Of a DNA stretch of 64,000 bases, positions 9,244-19,200 are shown piece after piece (positions within the stretch are counted from its first letter, which is position 1; each line of letters opens with the position of its first letter). The notes beneath the pieces are model-generated. The model had not been told where the DNA came from. It made no database searches and worked only from the letters and a program-made list of their open reading frames with translations. Both the position numbers and the translations under genes were made by a program. The stretch lies in the sequence record NC_020077.1; one strand, given 5' to 3'.

Positions 9244-10527
9244 GTGATGAGAATGAAGTCTCTGATCTTCATCATCCCTAACGCCTTGTTAGATAAAGTA
9301 GTAGAAGAGGCAGAACGGCTTGGTGTATCTGGTGCGCTTTTGATGAGGGCGGCTATTATTGCATTTGCCGAAAATCCTATCTACTTTATAGAACCACTGC
9401 CACCCAATTATAATAAAGAGGAGTTAAAAGGAATTTCTTTAAAATTACCCGAAGATATTATAAAGAAGATTCATCTTTATGCCAACTCAAGAGGATTTTC
9501 GATCAGGAGAATAGTTTGGAGCATGATAGATCACTTTCTTACTCTTGATGATGAGCAGAAAATGTTTTATATAAAAAAAGTAAAAGAAATATTATCTAGA
9601 ACTAGGATTGGGCGAAAACGCAAAACAAAACTACAAGAGACTATTGTTTTTGGAGATCTTAACGCGTTAGTTGGGACAAGCTTTGCGTGTAGTAACGAGT
9701 TGCACAACCTCATTGAGAATGAAGCAATAAAAAAACACATAACAATAAGTGAGCTTATAAGAGAGACTATTAATGAGTTTTTGAAAAAATATAGTAATAA
9801 TTTTGAGGAAATCAGAAAGCTGCATGAGACTGCTAGCAATTTATTTTCTGGAGAGGATCCTCAAAGAGTGATCACTGTAAAGTTACCTGCACATGTTTTA
9901 CTGCAATTGGAAAAAATTTCGGGAAAGACACTAGTTCCTAAAGGCATTATTATTCGTCTCGCAATTATGAACCATTTTAATTTACTGAATAGAATCGTCA
10001 CAAAACAACGGAAGGCCACACAAAATGAAGCAGCAAATGATCCGCCTGATGATCCGCCACCACAAAATTATAAACCCAAACCTAGATGGGCAGGAGGTTT
10101 TGTCAGTGTGTTGTTACCAGAACCACTTTATGACTTACTGAAAGAGTATGTAATGCTTAAGTATCATCGCGGTTTTATACTAAGCATTAATGAAGTCATT
10201 AGTGAAGTTACGATTAAGTTTGAAGTTAGCGAAATTGCAACAAAAATATTGAAACAGTGGGCAAAGAGACGATTCTCTGGAAAGTCTGACGTTCAAACTT
10301 ACGTAGTATGGCAAATAATTTTGGGCGATTTAAAAATGAGCTTTTACCCTGGCCTAAAAAGAGGCACAATAGTAAAGAAGCAAGATATTCTAGATGCGAT
10401 GAAGAATATAAAATTAAAATCTGTCATAAACAAAACGGAGTTGTTTGAGGAGTTGTTTGAGATATTTAAGGAACGCGGTTACCTAAAGGAGATCGATAAT
10501 GATAATGTCAAGATTTTACTTCTGTGA
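9244..10527 (+). CDS. Multi-RHH protein with C-terminal domain (paralog of 6452-7663)
   Basis: RHH units; identical TYVVWQIILGDLKMSFYP...EIDNDNVKILLL tail. Confidence 0.8.
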   Translation: MMRMKSLIFIIPNALLDKVVEEAERLGVSGALLMRAAIIAFAENPIYFIEPLPPNYNKEELKGISLKLPEDIIKKIHLYANSRGFSIRRIVWSMIDHFLTLDDEQKMFYIKKVKEILSRTRIGRKRKTKLQETIVFGDLNALVGTSFACSNELHNLIENEAIKKHITISELIRETINEFLKKYSNNFEEIRKLHETASNLFSGEDPQRVITVKLPAHVLLQLEKISGKTLVPKGIIIRLAIMNHFNLLNRIVTKQRKATQNEAANDPPDDPPPQNYKPKPRWAGGFVSVLLPEPLYDLLKEYVMLKYHRGFILSINEVISEVTIKFEVSEIATKILKQWAKRRFSGKSDVQTYVVWQIILGDLKMSFYPGLKRGTIVKKQDILDAMKNIKLKSVINKTELFEELFEIFKERGYLKEIDNDNVKILLL

Positions 10528-10530
10528 GTT

Positions 10531-10680
10531 TTTGGTAAATCTACAAAATTATCATGGCAATTTGGTAATTTTGGTGAAGTCCCTTTTTTCCCTTATGTTT
10601 TTGTGAGTATCGTGTTAAATTAACATGTGATTTTACGTTTTTCACTATTGAGTTCATGATAGAAAGTTTTATAAGCTTAA
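10531..10680 (+). promoter_or_regulatory. Full 48-bp palindrome element (10531-10578) plus early-promoter header
   Basis: TTTGGTAAATCTACAAAA-TTATCATGGCAA-TTTGGTAATTTTGGTGAA; AGAAAGTTTTATAAG at 10661-10675. Confidence 0.85.
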
Positions 10681-10707
10681 ATGAACACAATAATAATTGG
10701 TGGTAAA

Positions 10708-11514
10708 ATGTTTGAGATCCAATCCGAATCCGAAAGAACACAACTCCATTTAAAGGTGAAAGAAAAGACTTTAGAAGACTTAGTATATTACACGTTAAGA
10801 AACAGCGTTACGTTATATAAGAAAGGCCTATTGCCTTTCGCATTTTACAACTACAAAATAGATAGGATAAAGAAAGATATGACAAAGATTTATCAAACAA
10901 CATATGCAATAACTTTAAGCGTTAGACTATATAACACTGCCAGCAAAGAAAAACTAAAAATAATGTTCACTTTCATTTTCGAAATAAATGTCGATCATAG
11001 CAGCGAGTACTTGTTTGACCCAGATGCGTCTGAAGATAGATTATTGATAATAACAATGCCAGGCTTATCTCCACTAATTTATGACTTCGCTGACTTTATC
11101 GAAAGGGCTGACTTTACCTATGATCCTCTAGCTTATGTTGAATCAAATAAAGAAGTTAAGGAGAATATGATAAATATAGCAATGAAGAAGCTAAAAAGAT
11201 ACACTATACCTATAGGCGATGAGGCCTTTATTGAGGCTGATGTGTTTTATGCAGATAGAAAAATAGACTTAGATGCTGCTAGTATGTTAGGGAGTAATAA
11301 TTGGACACTTACAGAGAAAAAAGTTAATTTGGCTGATTACAATGATGATATACAGGCTGTGATAAAGGCTTATGCTGAAGAGTTAAATAAAATGTTTCAT
11401 GACTTGATACGAAACGGAGAAACTAAAATATTTGCTGTAAAGTATAAGGATAAATTGACCATGCATCTTATAGCACCTGTCTCTAAAAAGGAAAATTACC
11501 TATTCGCCACGTAG
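10708..11514 (+). CDS. Hypothetical early protein
   Basis: ORF 10681-11514; ATG 10708 preferred (GGTGG RBS, TATA spacing). Confidence 0.75.
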   Translation: MFEIQSESERTQLHLKVKEKTLEDLVYYTLRNSVTLYKKGLLPFAFYNYKIDRIKKDMTKIYQTTYAITLSVRLYNTASKEKLKIMFTFIFEINVDHSSEYLFDPDASEDRLLIITMPGLSPLIYDFADFIERADFTYDPLAYVESNKEVKENMINIAMKKLKRYTIPIGDEAFIEADVFYADRKIDLDAASMLGSNNWTLTEKKVNLADYNDDIQAVIKAYAEELNKMFHDLIRNGETKIFAVKYKDKLTMHLIAPVSKKENYLFAT

Positions 11515-11524
11515 GTGACCCATC

Positions 11525-12508
11525 ATGCCTTATTTAACGTTTAGAATCCCACGAGGTTTGATAGAGATAATGAAAACACTTCAAGAGGAGCGAAAAGAAA
11601 CTCAAGACCTAATAGTCACTAGGGCCCTGGAGAGATTTTTTGAAAAGTACAAAAATGAAAGCTTCGGAATTGCGCATCGAGAAGTAAAGAAAATAGAGCC
11701 AAAGCTGATTACTGGCCCACTGCGACTTGAGAATCTAGTTACTGTTTCATTACCAGATGATATGGTAAAGAGGCTAAACGAGTACATGAAACAGAATAAA
11801 GTGAGCTCTAGAGATTTAGTTGTTTCTACCGCGCTTACTGATTACCTTTATGATCTTACCATGAGAAAAAGTGAGAAGGTGGAATTTTCTTTTTACATCA
11901 ACAGTGAGCTTTATAGAAAGCTTAAGGATATAGTACGATTTACTACTAAGGGCGTTAAGGATATTATACCAGACATAGTAAAATGGTTTTTAGATAATTA
12001 CGGAGACCGTGACCTTGCTCAGATAATTAAGGATAAGATAGAAAATAAGGATGAAATATACAAGGGTAATACGGCTGTCTACACAGTGATACCACGGGGC
12101 CTTAAGAGACGTTTATATAATTATGCGCATAAGCATGGATTTTCGCTGTTAACTGCTCTTCGTGTTGCGATAATTCTGTACTTAAAAAAGGTTGAAGAGG
12201 GTAAGATAAAGCTTAATGAGACTAAGATTGAAGAAGTAAATCAAGATACGCAAAAGGAAAAACAGATAAACGAGATTGTTGAATCACTTGATAAATTGCA
12301 AAAAGAGCTTAAAGAACTAAAGGAGAAAAAAGAAGGAAATGATTCACATGCTCGTCTCGTTAATACTAAACTAGAGGTCATAAAGTTAGGCATTAAAAGC
12401 GGTGCCGATGCTGATGAGATTATGAATGTAGTAAAGACAATTGATAAAATGAAGGATGAAGCAAAGGAAAAGAAGGAGAAATTGGAAAAGGATAATAATT
12501 TGACATAA
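11525..12508 (+). CDS. Four-RHH protein with C-terminal coiled coil
   Basis: YLTFRIPRGL, LVTVSLPDDM, EFSFYINSEL, AVYTVIPRGL units; K/E-rich tail. Confidence 0.75.
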   Translation: MPYLTFRIPRGLIEIMKTLQEERKETQDLIVTRALERFFEKYKNESFGIAHREVKKIEPKLITGPLRLENLVTVSLPDDMVKRLNEYMKQNKVSSRDLVVSTALTDYLYDLTMRKSEKVEFSFYINSELYRKLKDIVRFTTKGVKDIIPDIVKWFLDNYGDRDLAQIIKDKIENKDEIYKGNTAVYTVIPRGLKRRLYNYAHKHGFSLLTALRVAIILYLKKVEEGKIKLNETKIEEVNQDTQKEKQINEIVESLDKLQKELKELKEKKEGNDSHARLVNTKLEVIKLGIKSGADADEIMNVVKTIDKMKDEAKEKKEKLEKDNNLT

Positions 12509-12520
12509 TAGCTTATTCTG

Positions 12521-13927
12521 ATGAACCCAATCTTAAATTTCCTGAAGAACGCTAACATTCCTATTGTTTCCATTATATCATCATTCATCTTCTTTGTTGT
12601 CGCTGCAAAGCTTTCAACCCCGGCATTTTTTGGACAAGTAGCTATAATTCAGCTGTTTTCCACTGCGGTCTCATTGCTTGAACTAGTCAATACTTCTATT
12701 GTCTCGCGAGAAATCGCATATCAACTTGCCAAGAACGAGCTAGACAAGAAGTTCATAAGTACTGCCATTATCACATCATTTTTAATCTCGCCGCTCTTTC
12801 TCGCCTTATTGGCCTTTTCTAACTATCTCAGATTTTTAATTCCTTATTTAATTCTCTTTTTGCTATATCATTATCTAACTGCCATTCTAATAGGCTTGAA
12901 TAAATTTACTGAAAACATGATTTCATGGAGCATATTTTTCGTAATACGCTGGGGCGTATCAGTAATTGCAGTAATTTTTAACAGTATTTTACTCTTCATC
13001 GCAATCTGGACTCTCGCGGCGTTAATATGTGACATTTATTCGCTTCTAGTAGTGATAAAGAGCATTTCCGGTTTGCCTTTCGCCTTTGACAAGACTCTTT
13101 TCAAAAGATTAGTTAAAGAGAGTTATGCGCTTAACCTAAAGAGCATTGCTAGCTTTTTCAGTACACAAGGCGATAGGCTAATAGTTGTCTCACTCCTAGG
13201 TACTTATTTTTTGGCCATTTACCAATTCGCTGCGTTATTGGCAGATGTGCCGGGAATGATCTTAAGGGCTGTTAACGATTCAGTTCTTGTTTCTTCTTCT
13301 TATTTCAAGGCTAAAGGCGCTGATGAGTTGCGAATGAGTAGGTTAACGTTTAAGGCAGTGGCAATTCTAACATTCGTGACCGCAATAGTGTTTTTAGCAT
13401 TAGTGCGCTTTTTAGTGCCCACATTTTTCCCTGCATACAAGGCCAGCTTAGATGCGCTTTCCATCCTTTCGCTTTCTTTTATTTTTTCAATACCATTTCT
13501 TGTTCTCACACAATTCATCATTTCGTACAAGAGAGATCTTAGGCTATTTACGTTAATTTCTCTGATTGATGCTGTATTAGTTGTATTAACATCCATTGCA
13601 TTAGTTCCAAGGTTAGGAATCTTAGGCGCTGCCATTTCGCAATTGATTGTCGCAGTGGTCAATAACGTTTTGAATCTTCTCTATTCTCTGCATGTAAAGG
13701 TGTTTAAAGTTGGAAAGAAAGAGTTATTGCTGATGATCATGATGCCAGTCATCTTTGTTTATGAGTTGTTTTTTGACAAAGCTTATTTCAGCGTGTTGCT
13801 ATTATTTGTGCTGTTTGTCTTGTTCAAGCTAACCAAAATTTTCAATAAGCATGAGAAGGATGTAATTACCTATTTTATTGAGAAAAAACTTAGTTTTACT
13901 AAAAGATTTTTTGAAGTGATTTTTTGA
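12521..13927 (+). CDS. Wzx/MATE-like oligosaccharide flippase (polysaccharide biosynthesis protein)
   Basis: About 12-14 hydrophobic segments; TQGDRLIV..LG...LAIYQFA and PRLGILGAAIS motifs. Confidence 0.8.
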   Translation: MNPILNFLKNANIPIVSIISSFIFFVVAAKLSTPAFFGQVAIIQLFSTAVSLLELVNTSIVSREIAYQLAKNELDKKFISTAIITSFLISPLFLALLAFSNYLRFLIPYLILFLLYHYLTAILIGLNKFTENMISWSIFFVIRWGVSVIAVIFNSILLFIAIWTLAALICDIYSLLVVIKSISGLPFAFDKTLFKRLVKESYALNLKSIASFFSTQGDRLIVVSLLGTYFLAIYQFAALLADVPGMILRAVNDSVLVSSSYFKAKGADELRMSRLTFKAVAILTFVTAIVFLALVRFLVPTFFPAYKASLDALSILSLSFIFSIPFLVLTQFIISYKRDLRLFTLISLIDAVLVVLTSIALVPRLGILGAAISQLIVAVVNNVLNLLYSLHVKVFKVGKKELLLMIMMPVIFVYELFFDKAYFSVLLLFVLFVLFKLTKIFNKHEKDVITYFIEKKLSFTKRFFEVIF

Positions 13928-14107
13928 TTAAAGTTTATTTCTCCCAAAGGAAGGAAATTTTGTTATCATACGGCCCCAAGATAACAGAAGATCCGGTTAC
14001 GAAGTTATCTTTTGATCGATTTTAGTGAAGAAAGATAACAAAGAACGAATAAGCAAAAATCCCCTTAGTTTAGAATATTTTAAGCACAATAATTTTTTAA
14101 TCGCGTT

Positions 14108-14440
14108 TTGCAATTTTACCATATGAGTGGGCACACATTAGAACTTATACTAAAACCGATTGATTTTCGTAAAGTTACAACAAAAGAAGAAAAAGAAGCT
14201 ATAAAAAAATATGTTAATAGAAATTATGAGATAATAGAAGTTAATAAAAATGAGCAAGAAATAGAAATAAAAATCACATATAATAAGCTACCAGATACTG
14301 TTTTAATCAAAGATAGCTTAATAAATGATTGTGTATTAAATTACAAGATTGGTAGACTCGTAGTCAGACGTAAAGCAATGTATATTAAACTTGTTCCTGG
14401 AAAGCTTGTGGAACGTAAATCAGTCTCTACTTCATTATAG
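14108..14440 (+). CDS. Hypothetical protein
   Basis: 110-aa ORF; ATG at 14123 is the more likely start. Confidence 0.55.
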   Translation: MQFYHMSGHTLELILKPIDFRKVTTKEEKEAIKKYVNRNYEIIEVNKNEQEIEIKITYNKLPDTVLIKDSLINDCVLNYKIGRLVVRRKAMYIKLVPGKLVERKSVSTSL

Positions 14441-14453
14441 AAAGTTTTATAAG
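14439..14453 (+). promoter_or_regulatory. Early promoter BRE/TATA
   Basis: AGAAAGTTTTATAAG identical to other copies. Confidence 0.8.
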
Positions 14454-14485
14454 TTTAAATGTTGATCATATTTATGGTGGGAAAA

Positions 14486-14788
14486 ATGTTGAAGGCAATT
14501 CCTTTTGAAATAAACTACAAAATGCTCTTTCTAGACCTCGATGAAGAGACTAATGACGTGTATGCCTACTTGACAGACCCAAAGCTAAAGCTAGAAAGGC
14601 GTGAAAAATTTAGAGAATTCACTGAGTTCAAAAACTTCATCGATGAGTTAAGTAGAGACTACATCATAAAGCCTGTAGCTGGCTATGTCAATCAAAATGG
14701 TAATGAGCCTCAACTATCATTTTTGATAGTTGTACTATTCAAAAAGCTTGTAGCTGCTGACGTTCAATATACAACAACAGTGAATTAA
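14486..14788 (+). CDS. Hypothetical early protein
   Basis: ORF 14459-14788; ATG 14486 after GGTGGG RBS. Confidence 0.7.
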   Translation: MLKAIPFEINYKMLFLDLDEETNDVYAYLTDPKLKLERREKFREFTEFKNFIDELSRDYIIKPVAGYVNQNGNEPQLSFLIVVLFKKLVAADVQYTTTVN

Positions 14789-14803
14789 CTGGGGGGTTAA
14801 AAG

Positions 14804-15559
14804 ATGGCAGAAGAGGCTGAGAAATTAAAACTCCTAGTTGGTCATTTTAAGGATTTGGCATTAGCAAAAGAGTTCTTAATGCAAGTTACGCCCCAAAAGC
14901 TTGGCACGATTAAGTATTCATATACAGTGGCCATTTCACAAAACACTGGACTAGAGTTCATTCCAACTGAAGCTAAAATAAATCCAATCGTCATAGGGGA
15001 TGCACAACGTAAATATGTGAAAAAACTCGTAACAGAAAAAACAACAGCCCTTTCACAAAACATGCTAACAGCACCAAAAAACTTGAACAATCGTACGATT
15101 TCCAGCCTTTACACACGTGCCGAAACTTATGGCGACCTCTTGTTTGGAATGCGTAAATTGCTTTGGAAAATGCAAGATGATATAAGAGAAGCTGGAAAAG
15201 AGGCAAACCTCTTACCTAGCTTAAAAGTAATGCAAATAAACACGTTAAGATTGCTTTTCAACGTATGTATGGAATTTATGCTCAGAAGAGGGAATATAGT
15301 TACATTTGATTACGATAAAGGATCAGTTCTTCTTTATAGATTAGCAGATCAAAATGGTGTTTTGACTTTCGCCAACTACAGTGAAATAGTGTATGCGAAT
15401 GATCTCGCGTTTGATTTTCCAGCGCAAAAGCTAGTAGAAATAGAGTCACATTTAAGGGCAAGGGAAATGGTCCCACTCGTTAACACAGTAATGAAATTGG
15501 TACATTGGGTGTTTGACTTTACTTATGATTATTTGAATGGTAGAAAACATATTTTATAA
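14804..15559 (+). CDS. Hypothetical protein
   Basis: 251-aa ORF with GGGGG RBS. Confidence 0.75.
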   Translation: MAEEAEKLKLLVGHFKDLALAKEFLMQVTPQKLGTIKYSYTVAISQNTGLEFIPTEAKINPIVIGDAQRKYVKKLVTEKTTALSQNMLTAPKNLNNRTISSLYTRAETYGDLLFGMRKLLWKMQDDIREAGKEANLLPSLKVMQINTLRLLFNVCMEFMLRRGNIVTFDYDKGSVLLYRLADQNGVLTFANYSEIVYANDLAFDFPAQKLVEIESHLRAREMVPLVNTVMKLVHWVFDFTYDYLNGRKHIL

Positions 15560-15585
15560 GGTTCTTCATTAGAGAGGGTTCCAAA

Positions 15586-16104
15586 ATGATTTTCAGTGAT
15601 AGAGATTTAAAATATTACCTGGAAAAGGGATGGATAAAGATTGAGCCATTAAGAGAAGACACTATTAGGGAAAATGGGGTAGATTTAAGGATTGGTAACG
15701 AGATTGCTAGATTCAAGAAAAATAGGATTTTTGATCCTGACAAAGATTCCATAGATGATTTTATAGAGAAAGAGGTGGGGAATGAGTTTATAATAAATCC
15801 CCATGAGCATGCATTATTAACTACAGAAGAATATGTAAGATTGCCTAATGATGTAATGGCATTCGTAAATCTTAGATCAACATTTGCTAGGTTAGGTCTT
15901 TTCATTCCTCCAACTATCGTAGATGCAGGATTTGAAGGGCAATTAACTATAGAGTTAGTAGGATCAGAATTCCCAATAAAACTAAAATATGGAATGAGAT
16001 TTATCCACCTAATCTTCGCAAAAACACTAACACCAGTTGAAAAGCCATATAATGGAAAATATCAGAAACAAATGGGTGTGACGCCGGCCAAGCTCTCAAG
16101 TTGA
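15586..16104 (+). CDS. dcd: dCTP deaminase / dUTPase family protein
   Basis: [40 protein letters not shown] motifs. Confidence 0.9.
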   Translation: MIFSDRDLKYYLEKGWIKIEPLREDTIRENGVDLRIGNEIARFKKNRIFDPDKDSIDDFIEKEVGNEFIINPHEHALLTTEEYVRLPNDVMAFVNLRSTFARLGLFIPPTIVDAGFEGQLTIELVGSEFPIKLKYGMRFIHLIFAKTLTPVEKPYNGKYQKQMGVTPAKLSS

Positions 16105-16109
16105 TGTTT

Positions 16110-16157
16110 TTCTACCAATTTACCAAATTGTAATGACAATTCTGTAGATTTGGTGAA
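16110..16157. repeat. 48-bp tri-palindromic element, full copy
   Basis: TTCTACCAATTTACCAAA-TTGTAATGACAA-TTCTGTAGATTTGGTGAA, 5 bp after the dcd stop. Confidence 0.9.
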
Positions 16158-16234
16158 TTCTGATCTTTTGTTCATATTTCAGTAACCAAGGTTATGGAAT
16201 CTTTTTAACTTATATTTTGTGAATAATATTTAGA

Positions 16235-19200
16235 ATGAGTGTCACATCGCCAACTACACAACAGTTATATGCTTATGCTCAATACACATCTCTCCAGCAA
16301 AAATTATCTAGCTTACTAAATGAACTTCAACAAATTCCAAACCCTCCAACACCACCACAGGTATCAACTACAAATACTCCAGACGCACTAGCTAACTATT
16401 ACTCTGGCCTAGCAGAATATTATCAAAACTTACAATCCTATTCTCAGAATTATGGAAATACAATAGCGCAAAATCTACAAATCTTACAACAAGCAATGCA
16501 AATAGTCAACCAAATGGAAGGATTATTGAAGATTTTAGGAGTGACAGATCCTAACTTACAACAAGTTGCAAACCAAATAAGCCAAAACATAAATTATTAC
16601 CAGCAATTACAAAATGCTACTCAAACAAACTATTCGACATACATTGCCTTTTTCAATAACCTAGCAAATGCCTATAATCAAATAAGTCAGTATCAACAAC
16701 TACCAAGCCTTCCACAGGCGCCTAGTGGTTCCGTATCATTGTCTGATGCTGCTCAATACTACTCAAACTTATCGAACTGGTTAACACAAAACTCATCTAC
16801 TGTCCAACAAAACATAAGCGCTTTACAAGGGGCAATACAAGCGTTACAAGCAGCTTTAAACAATGTACCCCCAGGTTATAATGCTTCTCAACTGCAACAA
16901 CAGTTACAGCAATGGCAGCAATCTTTAGCACAATTACAAAGTTTAACAAATCTAAATCCACAGCAATTACAAAATACAGCAACTGCTTATTCATTATGGG
17001 CTCAAGGAATTTCAGCATTTAACCAAGGTGATTACCAAGATGCTGTAAACGATTTTAATCAAGCATTACAAGCTGTTGGTTTAAGTCCACCATCATCACC
17101 GACACAAAAAGCTCCTTCTTCACAATGGGCTTCACTATTCTACCTTTCTGGATTAGCAAATGCATTATTAAATGCACAAAATATACAAAATCAATATCAG
17201 CCACAGTTAAACCAGTTAGGTCAACAAATTTCATCTCAACAAGGAGGAAACATTTCGCCACAGCTTCTACAAACCATCTCACAATTCTACACAGCTTTGC
17301 CTCAAGAATTGGCACAAGTAAAACCATACTTCGAACAAGCCTCACAATATGGAGCAAACGTAGGCATTCAGATTAACGTGGAAGGATATAATAGAGCATC
17401 AAAACTTGCAGCTGATTTAGCAAAACTAGCAAGTGACATGGCAAATGCGTTACAGCAATTGAATAATAGTAATACACAGAATCCTAATCCAGCTAATCAG
17501 GCATCGCAAATACTTATGGGCGATCAAGGCCTAGTTAATGAAATAAATTCCCTTGCCTCCTCCTTACCTTCAACCTTTAGCAGTTTAGTAACAGACGCAC
17601 AATCCCTAGTTAATGGTTACAATGAACTTACTAAGTCTTCTGTAAACGCATATACGTTTTATAGTGGTGTTAATCAAATTCAACAGTATTTAAATCAACA
17701 GGATTATCAAGATGCTTATAACGCTGCAGTAAATCTAGCAAAATCGCTTGGTATATCAGTCTCAATTAATGATCTAACACAACAGTCTTATCAGCCGCCA
17801 TCTAACGATCAAGAAACTGAAACTGTGTATTACCTACTTTTATTATCGAAGTGGGGTGTAACATATCAGAGTATTACAAATCAATACCAACAACAGATTA
17901 ACTCACTCGCATCTAGCATTAGCTCCTCAAGCTCTATGGAACAAACTTTCAGCACTTATGCACAAATCTTTAAGCTAATGTATGAGATGTATAGCAATCT
18001 CCAACAAATCACCCCTGCTGCTAACGCTGCATTTTCATATTTTGGCGAGACAACTTTCCCGCAAAACTACTTTGCTACAGCTGCAGAGTTAATGAAAAAA
18101 GCATCAGATATAGCATCACAGATCGCAAATGACCTAGCAAATGGTAATTATGATGATATAGAGAAGATGCAACTGAACTTTAGTGAATTAACACAACTAC
18201 AAAGCATGAACAACAGTCTAACACAAGGCATGACTTCTAGCATACAACAAAACATAGCTAATTTCGCTATTGCTGTTGCAAACTTACAATACAATATCGC
18301 ATTTACAAATTCAATAAACAAAGCATTACAACAAGTAAATAACCAGCAAAACCAGACTACTACTGTTAACCAAAACAGTATAGCCGCGAATCGTTTCTTC
18401 AGAGGTAGATTCGGTAATGCATACGAAGCTTCTAGCAATTCATCAGCACAAACATACCAACAATTATCACAAACATATGCACAAGTAGCACAACAAATTA
18501 CGACAGTTACACAACAACAAGCTGCTGGGAGCGTACAGATACCTGGAATAGGTACAGTAAATGTCCGCGTACCAAATAATCTAGTCAATTCTGCAAACCA
18601 AACCGCACAGCAGATGAAATTATTAAGCCAAGCTTATAATGCATTAGCACAAGCTTCACAGAATTCTAACGACCCACAAACTGCGTTACAGTACTATCAA
18701 ACAGCTTATAATGATTTTACACAAGCTGGCGTTAGTCAAGATAAATTAAGCAACTTACAGAGTGTAATTTCATTTTATCAATATTTAGTAAATAATCAAA
18801 GCACATTACAAAGCATACAAAGCCAGTTACAAGAAATAGGCAATTTAACACCACAAGTAAATGGTAATTCTGTAAAAATAGGCTCAGCAGCACTTGTTGC
18901 ATCAGCCGCTACAATGCCCTTATCACAAATGAGAAGTACAGTAGAACAAGCAACTGGTTTAGACCAAATAAAGCAACAAATTGATAATTATTATGATAAT
19001 TTCCCATCTTTACCTCAAAACCTACAACAACAAGTTAATAACATGCATACAATTGCAGACACTACAGTTGATTTATATGCAAATAATTTAGTAGCAAGAG
19101 CTTATATAAGTGTAACACAATTACCTAACGTTTCAGCAGACCAACAAATACAAGCATTACAAAATGCGAAACAAGCGCTAGAAAATGCAAAACAAGATAC

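Noticed and set aside
14005-14039. 9-bp inverted repeat GTTATCTTT/AAAGATAAC after the flippase
   Set aside because: Single AT-rich hairpin, within chance expectation
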